This document shows positions 52,828 through 64,000 of a stretch of 64,000 nt of DNA, piece after piece. The stretch's first letter is position 1. The number at the start of each line of letters is the position of its first letter. The stretch covers positions 82,354,924 through 82,418,923 of the forward strand of contig NC_068985.1 of NCBI RefSeq assembly GCF_001194135.2, given 5' to 3'. Source of the DNA: Octopus bimaculoides (Eukaryota). The notes under the pieces were generated by a model, which searched no databases, was not told the origin of the DNA, and worked only from the letters and a program-made list of their open reading frames with translations. The translations under genes and the position numbers were made by a program.

Positions 52828-55489
52828 TATATGAAGACAAACATTTAGAAATAAAGTGAAATAAATGTAAAGCACCGATGAGATATATTTGCATAATGCT
52901 TTCATATCAAAATGATCAGGACTGAGTAGGTAATGTTAATGTAAGCTGAATATAAAATGAGAACCCTCCCCCACTCAAAAGATCCCATGACATCTATAGA
53001 TATAAAAATGGATGTTAAATTATGATAGCACTAAGTTGTTAAAAAGATGAAGTTAATAAGGAAGATAAATTATTAACCACAATAATTCTGCATTGCTATT
53101 CTATATATCTTTTAAAAAACAATCCTCTTTCATATGTCTCAAAAACATACTTTTAGATAGTAGTAAATCGTACAAAGATCTAATCCAAGTATTCATAAAT
53201 GTATTTTTATTATCCTTTCACTTCATTTGTTAGGAAGTAGTATTAATTGTAGTGATTAGATTTAAAATCATTTGCACTCAAAATAATTATATAAAAAAAA
53301 ATATACATGCTATTACACAGCAACAGGTTTGAATTCAATAGCATAAGGAAATTAAGAGGGCAAAATACTTCAATTTATCTTTTCTTTTGTAATTACCATT
53401 AAGAAAATGATAACATCTCCAGTTGATTGTTCTCCTGTCAAAAGTTTCTTTAACAGAATGTCTCAAGATTGTTATTTAGTTAAATTGCCACTATTAAAAT
53501 GTTTTACTAGTAACTTTTTATTGCCTCAAAAACAAAAAAAGCAAAACAAACTTCCTTTGAAAATATGTTAGTTATAAATTTGTTAGAATGTTTCTTCTAA
53601 CTTGTTTGATAAAGAACATGGTAAATGTTGTAATTCTGTTTAGTAGCTTTTATATTATAATGTTTTGTATGGATAAAGACAGTATTCTTCTTGATAAGTG
53701 ATAGACGTCATCTATTGAAATTAACTATTTTGCTGAGACTTTCTATTGAAATATTTTAGCATTCTTTATGCCATCTGTTTTCTGATATGTAAGTAACTCA
53801 TTAAGATATGTATTTTTGCATTTTCACACTTAATCATCTATATTTATGTATTCATACTTGTATATCTACATACTGTCATTTAAAAAAAAGTCTAGAATAG
53901 ATGGATACTGAATATTAATGTCTGACTGCGTGGAAAAATTGATGCAACAAATATTGATATTTTTTAAATAAACATAAGCATGATTGATCAATCCATATTC
54001 AATAAAATATCTGTTTAAATCTTAGCTTTTGTTTCTTGAATTCTATTTTTATTTTTTTTATTTATTATTAAGTGTTTAATGTATTGCTGAAAAGCCATAA
54101 ATACAAATAATTGCCTTCACTGTCAAGAAGGATATTTGCTTGAAAATATTCTATTGTGTAATGTAGGGAAAAGTATTTTCTTTTGTTTTAACATTTTTAT
54201 GCAGTAAACACTTTAATGACAGATTGTTTCCTTGTTTTATTTTTATTGTTTTTATTTTGTCTACAGAAAAGAATATTGATATAGCTAAAAGTTCTTTGAA
54301 AGCATTGTCCACTAATTTTATTTTATTGATGCAATTTTTCAATCTTCAGATCTATTATTATTTGAGAGCATTTTCGTTATCAAGGAATATTTTAAAATTT
54401 TCATTTTCTTTTTATACTGTTTGTTAACTTATCAGGAAATGAGAAATCATAGATTTTGACATGACTCTACTACCTGCAAGAACTTGTTTCCTTGCCCTAA
54501 GTTATCACACTTTATCATATGCAAACTATACATCTCAATAATAAAATATTTCTTTTATTTTCTTGGTAAAAACCTTGAAATTTTGTTGCATGTCTTTATT
54601 GATCACAAAAAGTGGGAAAATGATGTATTTGTTAAGAAAGGAAATTGCTTTGTCAGACGAGGTTTGAAATCATTCTTTCTATAAATTATATTTGTTACAG
54701 AACAAAGATTCCCTTTCATTTCCTAGATTTTAAAGAAAATATTTTCTTTGTGGTACAGGTACTGTCAAAAAAATAAGTATGTATAAACAATATATCAATA
54801 TGCTTGGCATATTAAGTGAAGGAATCTTCACTATTTTCATGTTTTCTGTTATTAATTTCTTTGGTTCAAAATATAAATCAAAATCAATATAAAATAGGCC
54901 TTAAGGATTTAAATGAGTTTTGACCCACATATACAATAAAATGTTTGAGACTGTCTTGAAATATTATAATGGTTGGAATATGGGTATCTTTTATTTTTAA
55001 TATTGAGCACTTATGAATAGGCTGACTTTTCATTATATATAAATGGTATATTTATTACTGAACATATTTAGAACTTCTATATGATTTGGAATTTCTAAAA
55101 TGTTTTATATTATATCAAATGTTATAGATATTTTCCATGAGTTGATATCTTAAATTGATAGCATATTTAACACTATCAAGTGAAATTTAACTGTTTGTTT
55201 CTCATTCAAATTTGAGTTTTTAATGTTTAGAACTATTTCAGATTGCTTTTGTTTCTTTTTACTTGTATGATAATTTTTATAGAATAATTCCTTCAAATAG
55301 CTTAGATACCCTTTCATAACACAAGTTATGTGTGAGAAATAATTCTGTAATTTAATTCTTTCTTTTAACATTCTTCTCTTTAAGTGACTACAGTTGAAAA
55401 GCATTTCACCACACTGTGCCATGAATCTCTGTTCTCATTTAGCTTTAATAGGCCCTCAGTTCTGTGCTGTCTGTTGTCTCTGCCAATAA

Positions 55490-55705
55490 CATTAACGTAG
55501 TTTAATGGTCTTCATTATTAGGGTGCAGAAGTTTCCAAATTATAGCATCTGATATGGCCTAGTGTTCAGTATAATAGCAGTGACCAGCTAAGCCTACTCT
55601 GCATTGAGCAACAACAGTAGAGATGGGTGGGATGTTCCCATAAATCTCTTTACTTTTATACTCTTACCATGTGGGGTTTTGAGCTTCTTATAAGAAGCCT
55701 TGTGT
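55490..55705 (-). mobile_element. Decayed RTE-like LINE thumb fragment
   Basis: Minus strand YGNIPPISTVVAQCRVGLAGHCYYTEH*AISDAIIW (RxRxAGHC motif). Confidence 0.6.
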
Positions 55706-58700
55706 ATGTATACCTCTTAACATTACTGTTATAGCAGGTTTTAAACTTCTGCGAAATAAATTTTTGTATTCAAAAGCTGAATGTATATCTTTATTTTCAT
55801 TTTAGAGATTGTCCATAATTTGTAATTTTCTGAATATGATGTCACAATTATCTATCTTGTTGCTCATTCTTTTAACATACCGGCACAACCATTTTTTTTT
55901 TTTTTTTTTTTTGGTATAGATTTAGTTAGGGTTACAGAACTGTACTTATGACTTTCATAGACTGTCCAAGAACGGTGAGATGAAGCAGTTGATGTTCAGC
56001 TTCAAATTGACTTCTGCATAAAAAAAAAAAATATGGGTGAAATGAAATTATAGTGGGTTGACCTTGGAAGAAAGGATTGTGTGTGATGGTTGTACAATGA
56101 GGCCTGACACAAAATGGGTAACATGCTACAGGTGTGTTGGATTCACATAAGTGGTAGTGGTATGTAACTGGATTACACTGAAGAGCATATGCCACTGTAG
56201 TATCAGTGGAAAAGCCAATTAAGAATCAGTATATGCAGGGGCTTGATGTTGGAGTGTGAATTCTTGCTAACAACCCAGACGGCTTTATTTTGCTGGTAGT
56301 ATTGGTTCTGGTGGAGGTGAAAAAGAAATTACTTCCACACATCCAAAAGTTTAACACTTCACCCACCCTCTTAATGCTATTACAATACCTAAAAAAAACC
56401 CTCTTTCATCTATTCAGCTAAGGCAAACACAAAAGTAGCTGCTGCATCAGCAGTCTCATTAGCCATCTCACCAATCATCATTGTTCTGGGATGCACACCA
56501 CTGCCAATATGTGCAGAGGAACAACAACTGCTGAGATCTATCAGCTGACATACATTTTCTGTGGCCACCACCAGAATTTAAATTATACAGTGGAGGGCAT
56601 AAACTGTCAAGAATGTCATACTGCATTTATTGATTCACCACTGCATGTTGACTAGGTGGACACATGGCATATCTAGAACAGTGGTATCTCACACCTAGGC
56701 ATTTGGCCAACTATGTGCATCTTATAAATAAGTTTGATCAGAACTTACTAGAACTAAGTTGCAACTAACATTTCCTTCATGAATTATTATTATGTAAGGC
56801 CTAATGTTGAAGAACTAACCAATGACACTTGTTCTTTTTTTTTTTTGCCACACACATTTTACTACAACATATACCAAGATATTTTGTTTTTTGCTAACAT
56901 CTATTACTAGTTATGATATTATTAGAAGCAAATCTTTTACTGTAAGACTGACAAATTTTGTTGTTTTGTTTCTATCACACTGCTAATATTTTCTCTCTGC
57001 TTCAAGTTCTGTGCCGACATACTCAATTATACCTTCTTTCAAATGCCACCCTCTCTCTCTTTCTCTCTCACACCCACTCGCCCTCATTTTTAAATCCAGT
57101 TACTTAATGCTCTTCCCTTCAAACTGAGTTTGAACATAAAGAAATGATTAGTGTTGTTTACAGTATCTCAGTTTATTTATTGCTTATATTTTCCACATAG
57201 GCTATGTATATTTTATAAAATATATTCCTATAATCTTATTTTAAACAAGCACTTATCTAATTGGCCTATTTAAATTATTTTCATAAAGCTTGTCAGAAAT
57301 AAGTTTGATCAATTCAAAATTTATGCAGAAATATAATTAGAAGCAATAATTAAATTTTTGTACTCAGTTAAATAATTTTTAAATCCTTTGTATTATAGCA
57401 GTATTTTCAAATATATGAAAAGAATGCCTGTAAGATATATCAACATTTATTTATATGCTAATTTGATATCTGTAAAACAATTGTCTTTATTAGGGAAATT
57501 TTCTTTGGGGAGTGGAAGCAGTAAAATACTTTAAAATCATTTATTTGTGAGAGAAATGCTTAATATAATTATTTACGAAGAGAATTTGAATGGTATGCTT
57601 TATCAGAATAAAATACTTTCCAAGAAGATCTTTTTGTTTTCTTTACTTGTATGAAATTTTTGCATTTAGATCACATGGTCATACTTTAATTAATTTTCTT
57701 TTGATATTTCTATCTTTTTTAATGATTAGATTTTTCAATAAGTTTGATATTTTTGCATATTCTTAATCTTAATTCTGTTAAGATAATTGTGGTCAGTTAC
57801 ATTTGTTTAATATTGTGTGAGTGAGTCTCTACATGGTTACTCAACCTGCAAAAACAACAATAAAATTTACATCATTCTTTCTTAAAGGAAGACTGCAAAG
57901 TTTGCAGAGACAGCATGGTTTCAGATGCACTGTGTACATAAATATCAAATTGGTTATGGCTGAAATAACTTGGTTGGTCACTTGTTTAGGGTTGATATCA
58001 AACTAAGCAGCAATAATAAATCTCACTTTTGTGAATTCTCGTAGTGAGAAACATATTTCAAGTAAAAAGCCTGTTTAGTTATGTGAGATTTTTACAATGT
58101 TCTTATTTTCATCTTATGGACTGAATTAAGTGCTAAGATTTTCAGTGTGAAATGATGTTAGACATAATGAGTATTGATTTGATATAAAAGAGCAACAAGC
58201 CCTTTGAAAGGTCTGAAACCACATATCACTTACCTCATAACTGCATTTATTTTTTTCCAAATTAGGTATTTAAATACATTTTTCTGTTATTTTTAAACAT
58301 GCTAATTTATTTCTATGATGATTAATTGAACCCAGGAATTCTTTTGAAAGTAGAGAAAATTTAGTATGTATTAGAGAGGAATTTGGAGAGCAATTTCTTT
58401 CTGTACAAGACTAGTAAAATGTTGGATACACAGAAATTGTTGGTAGGATGTATATGATAAAATATTATTGAAGAATGAACTGAATAGAATTTGTTGTTCA
58501 TGTAACATTTATTTAAAGTAAATTGCTTGTAATTATTTGAATATATTGATGTGCATTGACCAAAGTATTCAGGAAAAATAAACATTCATGGAAAATCTTT
58601 TCTTAGAAAAAGGACCTAAATGCAGCACAAGTTATTTCATACAACTCATTAAGATACTCTGGTAAGTGACATAATATGTTAGGTATGTAAAAGAGTGAGT

Positions 58701-59924
58701 GAGGCCAGATCTGAGAATGTTGGTTTCACTGATATGCTGACATTGGATATGACACATAATAGGATGCTCTATTGTTGACCTATGTGACACAAGCCTGGTA
58801 GGGTACAGAATGTGAAAATGTTGATGCTACCAATTCTTCAGGATTCTGAAGGTAAAAGCTTTGCCATTTGTTTGTGGTAATGCCAGCAATATTCATTTTC
58901 GATTTTAAATAAACTACTTTTACAAGCAAAGATAGTTTAGGAAGCCTTAAAAATGTTGCATGTTTTTCTTTGGACTCAACATTATCTTCAACTGCATCAA
59001 AACCCTAAAATCATATCTTTTGATAATTATCTAAAAGGATCATAAAATAAATATTGTCTATAGATGGTCATTGAACTGAAAATGAAATATGCATCACAAT
59101 AACAAAAAAATGCTTAGCTTAAGCAGTGAAGGAATCATTAGCATATTCAGTAGTGAGGTGTTTAATGTAATTGCTTTATTTGTTTACATGATTTGAATTA
59201 TTATCAGAATACCATAAAGTGTTTTCTCATTGTCAGTGTCTCCATTCTTTGGTTGTAGGATAATGTTTAAGCACCTTTTATGAAGCTTTGTAGTAGCTAA
59301 TAGATTTTCCTATTATCTGAGTTTCATAGAATTTTATATTAAATTTGTAAATAGGATAAAAAAATGCTACATTGCTTTACATGAAATTTATTTGTTGACA
59401 TTTTTTATTACTTTCTTTGTGTATACTTCAAAAACACTGTGTGGTATAAATCTTGTGCAAGTGTTGCAGTATTATTAAATATTCATTTCTTTCACTTGTA
59501 AGAAAGCTGGTAGATGCTGCTTTTTGAGTGTTAGTTTAGAGTAAAAATTCTAGGCTGTTGGACTAATTCAGAAGCTAAGATTAAGGAATAGTATAAGCTA
59601 ATAAATAAGCTTTTATGTAATTAGTTGGTCTACTGAAATTGGCCAAATTTTCCTCAAACTACTCTCAATGATTTCCATAAATAGGAAAATTTTTGGAAAA
59701 TTTGAATTGATATGTTTGTAGTTAATATTGTTTAGCTCCCAGCACAGCAATGATCAATCAGTTTCAACTTTTCTATCATTTTGTATATTAAAAATTACAT
59801 AATTTAATGTGTCTTTCTTGTTTAAGATAACAGGGCATGATTTAAGGAAATTTTGTCTAGTATTTCAAACAGATTGAATGACTGTGGATAATGAAATCCG
59901 GATATAATTGCAGGGAAGTACATA

Positions 59925-60555
59925 TGAGGTGGTATCAAAAAGTTCCCGGACTAGTTCTGTAGTGTGTCAACAGATGGCAGCATACAGTTGCGTGTTCAAT
60001 GAGAACTAGCAGTGACCTTCATGAAGCAGTGTGCTGAGTGACATCATTGTGTTTACTTTGCAAGTTGTGAAATTTGTGTTTTTGTGATCATGTGTATGCT
60101 ATAGACTCTGATGTTGTCATGGACAAGAATAAAGAGCCAAGTGCATTCAGAATTCACCCCGCAGGGCCAGACCATCAATCAAGAGTTCTACTCCAAAGTT
60201 TTGAAGCATTTAAGGGAGGACATTCAGTGGAAGCGATCGGATCTGTGGCCTGTGAAGAATTGGATTCTTCATGATGACAATGCACTCTATCACTGAGCTC
60301 TCCTCACTGATAAGTTTCTTGCCAAAAACAACAACATCACTTCCACACCCAACATCCAGAGTGAATCGCAGAAGGTCCTCAACTCACTCACAGAAAGCAA
60401 CTACCAGGCAAATTCCAAAAGTGACAGGAATACTGGGACTGCTATATTACTTGCTGTGCAAGGTGACTATTTCGAAGAGCATGATGTTAAAACTTAGGTA
60501 AATAAGTTATTTTTTATCTAACATAACTAGTCCCTTAACATTTTGTTACCACATG
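59925..60555 (+). mobile_element. Internally deleted mariner with both TIRs, TA-flanked
   Basis: Left GTGGTATCAAAAAGTTCCCGGACTAGTT; right revcomp GTGGTAACAAAATGTTAAGGGACTAGTT. Remnants PQGQTINQEFYSKVLKHLREDI..WILHDDNA and QGDYFEE. Confidence 0.85.
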
Positions 60556-63500
60556 TAGCAAGAAATCCGAATGTGTAGATTCTTTCTTATGCAGAAGAGA
60601 AGGAATATATATATATATNNNNNNNNNNNNNNNNNNNNNNNNNNNNNNNNNNNNNNNNNNNNNNNNNNNNNNNNNNNNNNNNNNNNNNNNNNNNNNNNNN
60701 NNNNNNNNNNNNNNNNNNNNNNNNNNNNNNNNNNNNNNNNNNNNNNNNNNNNNNNNNNNNNNNNTATATATGTGTGTGTGTGTGTATATGTAAAAAGCTC
60801 ATTAAGATACTAATGGATTAGTGATTTGCATATGCCAGTGAGACGTAAAATTTTTATCCTTCAGAAACCTGGCAACTTTATACTTAATTGTAGTTAATAT
60901 ATAATGCTTCTGTGATCTAGTTGTTTGCACTAGTCATGTGAAGATGCTACTTGTATATGAGGAGGAAAAGTTTTTGGAAAATATAAGAATTGTTTACAGA
61001 AAGTTTTCAGTCTATAAAGTGATGAATAGTAATCCATTTGGATATTTGCAGAGAAAGATATCTCCGTAGAACAAGTAAAATAAAACGTCCTTTCTTAAAG
61101 CCTTAATATAATAAAATTAAATAAATTTGAAAGCAATTTAATTACATTTCGTCTTTCTGGATGTTACTGTTTACATTTTTTTAAAGAAGATTTATGCTCT
61201 AATTTGCAAGTTAAACACTGGCCAGTCATAACAAAGTATTCTCAGCAGTCTTTTGATAAATATTGTCTTACTGATGGACTACAGAAATTTTATTTTTGAT
61301 AGCATGACTGTTATGTATAAATTTATTGTAAACTGAATTTTGCAATTCTGCATTTAACAATTAAAATGTTAACTTTGAGCTGATCTTCAGTAATCCCAGT
61401 TCCTGTTGGGACAATTTATTGCATTGCAAAATTAAAATTAACTGCTAAATTATTGAGATTTGTCTTAAATTACATACATATATGCACATAGTTGTATCTT
61501 TGTTTGGTAAAATAAATAATCCTGATTCAGTGTATAAACTACTGCTGCAATTATTGTGTGTATTTCAAAGTTTAAAATAATGTTTGATTTTTGGAGGAAT
61601 AAGATCTAGCTTTTCTTTCAGAGATCTTCAGGCGAAATGCATAAGATGGAGTTCATTCATTCTAAGGTTGTGGAATAAACCTTGCTGTTAACATTGTATT
61701 GTCATTCTCACATAAATAACTTTCTTTCTCAGTTTCTCCAACTAAAGTAACTCTGAATATGAAGAACCATTCAAACTGTGTTTATAGGGAATAAGAAATG
61801 TGAAACACATTTATATATGTATATCAATATGTTCTCAGTTTAAGTCAGAATTTTTGTCTTAGTGTACAATAAATAAGGTTATAGGATTTCCATAATTTGT
61901 TACTATATATGTTCGCTTTTTTTTTTTTAAGTAAAGATAAGATTCTGTACCTTTAGGTATTCGTGTTCTAAATTTTCTTTGTTATTGTACTTCATTAGAA
62001 ACAAGTATCACAAAGATATAAAAATTTATGTAAAGATGTTTCAGATGTTTTTCTAGTTTAATATGTCAAGTTACTTTTGTACTGGTAATAAAAATAAAAT
62101 ATTTCTAGGAAAATAAGTGATGATAGCTAATTTTCTGTATAATTTTTTTCCTGTAGCTGTGCATTTAAAAGCTCTGACTCTCAGCTGTAAGAAAAAGAAC
62201 CTGTAAACTATAGTAATCTATATTTTTTATTTGTCTATTTAGTATAGCAACTATGTCTCTCAAAGTTTATTACTCTGAAAAGAAAAAAACAAAATGTCTA
62301 GTCTATTGAAGTTAAGAAGAGGTTTGTATAAACATGAATTATAAGTTGAGAAAAATTAGCTATGGAAAATTATTGATTGAAATACTGTAATATGAAAAAG
62401 CTCATGCATATTTATGATGTTCTTTCTTCTACCATAGATATAAAAGTTCACAAATTAGTATAAATTCATTGAATAATCCTTGAGATGTATTCACACACAG
62501 AACATAAAGATAGGGTTTACTTTTGCACAAAGAGATGTTTTGACAGCAATATGTAAATATATTGGTAAGCTGTTCTGAAAACATAAATTTTATGAAAAGA
62601 AGTTGGATTTTCATTTTTAAAAAGGTCTTCTTTAGAATAATCAATGTAAGATTATCATTTTAGACGTGACTTACATCTCTTAGTACTGTTTTGCAGAAAT
62701 GACTGTTTTAAATTTGTTGTTTTCATTGTGTTAGTTGTATCATCCTACCTATTTATTCAAAGTCACACTTAAGAATAATTCTAAGCTTCAGAACCTGTCA
62801 AAATGTTAAGTAAATTTTTTGATTTTAAAAGTGTATTATCATGCAGAACCATTTGATATAAAGAAGGTAGATTAGGGTTACACTTAGGAGTGAATGAAAT
62901 TTTAGCACTATTGAATTAAATTGGTGAAACATATCGATTGCAAAATTAAAAAAAAAAAGGCAAAACAAAAACACCTTCATGTATTTAAATATGCAAGAAA
63001 ATCACTTCATTTAATTCTACAAATTTTTTGTGTGAAAATGGATGATTAGATATTAAGATGTTTTTTTTTTTCTGCAAATATTTCACATTCCATTTGTTAA
63101 TTGGTTGCTGAATGACCAACTTACCTAATAATATTAATTGTTAATAGGCACTATTTAATTTTAATAGTTCAAATATGTTACATTGTTATTTTAGTTAATG
63201 TTATAATGCATTTAAAGTAAAGAAAAAAAATTATACTTTGGATTACAATAAAAATACAATTAAAAACTGGATAGATAATTTATAAGTGTGTCATTTAGCT
63301 AAAGCAAAGACTTAGATCATGGGCCTAATTTTCTAAATCAATATTTGCTATGAAATAATTTTTTTTACATATGCTAGTCTTTTCAAATAAAGGATCCAAT
63401 TATTGCCTTATCCCTATAATCTTCATTTTTATGAATACGTCTATTTCATAGAAGATTAAGTCTGAACAAAAATCAGATAGAAACCATTCAATTTTATTGA

Positions 63501-64000
63501 TGTATAATTACATTGGAGTAACTTAGTTTTTATATATTTCTTCAATTCAAATTGAAAAGTTGGTTTAATTTTATAAAATGCTATTGAAGTAACATATATT
63601 TGAAGAAAATTCAATTCTCCTCATGAAGTTTATTGCTGTCTAAAGCTAAAAAAACAAAACAAATGTAATGTACAGGCTGGTTTTCAAATAAACGTCGAAT
63701 AAAATGCATAAATATTATGCATCTTAGAGCATTCATAAGTGTGAAGTAATGATAGGTTTTGTCCAGCTTTAAGTAAATGAAAAGATTAAACTTTGAAAAA
63801 CAAATTAGTAATGTTACTCTTTCATAAGTTGAATGATAGAATTTGGTGATTTGAAAATATTCTGAACTATAAAGTGTTCAAAAGGAACTATTCTGACTTT
63901 GACCTTTCAGATGATAGGCTATCTAATGCATTTATCTTTTTAAAATTAGGCTAGAGTGTATCTCCAGTTTCTACAGATCTGTTTACTGTAACCAACAGAT

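Noticed and set aside
1-64000. CRISPR arrays, operons, rRNA genes, intact tRNA genes, conserved bilaterian miRNAs
   Set aside because: None seen. The DNA is eukaryotic, the repeats are SINEs and microsatellites, and partial seed-like matches (e.g. AGGCAAGAT near 46873) do not extend or form hairpins.

Overview
Repeat-rich, AT-rich animal genomic DNA from a draft assembly with nine N gaps, mostly at microsatellites. It is most likely an octopod cephalopod; this is inferred from the recurring tRNA-derived SINE families and microsatellite load, not from a database search. One host-gene exon is recognisable: the first coding exon of a fuzzy (FUZ, CPLANE/planar-cell-polarity effector) homolog at 18902-18982 (+). 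I could not find its later exons, so most of 19-64 kb is probably one very large intron. The first ~25 kb keeps its CpGs and is packed with decayed elements: mariner, Tigger/pogo, a Penelope-like element, an L1/Tx1-like 3' end, two R4/Dong-like LINEs, a short LTR with a tRNA-Trp primer site, a TIR element with an 8-bp TSD carrying telomere-type repeats, and many SINEs. From ~25.3 kb the DNA is strongly CpG-depleted, as expected for a methylated gene body, and carries a near full-length DD36E Tc1-type element. I found no intact novel protein-coding system. The most interesting items are mobile-element biology, a minimal hammerhead ribozyme motif and the sharp CpG boundary. Nearly all ORFs in the supplied track are microsatellite, gap or transposon artefacts.
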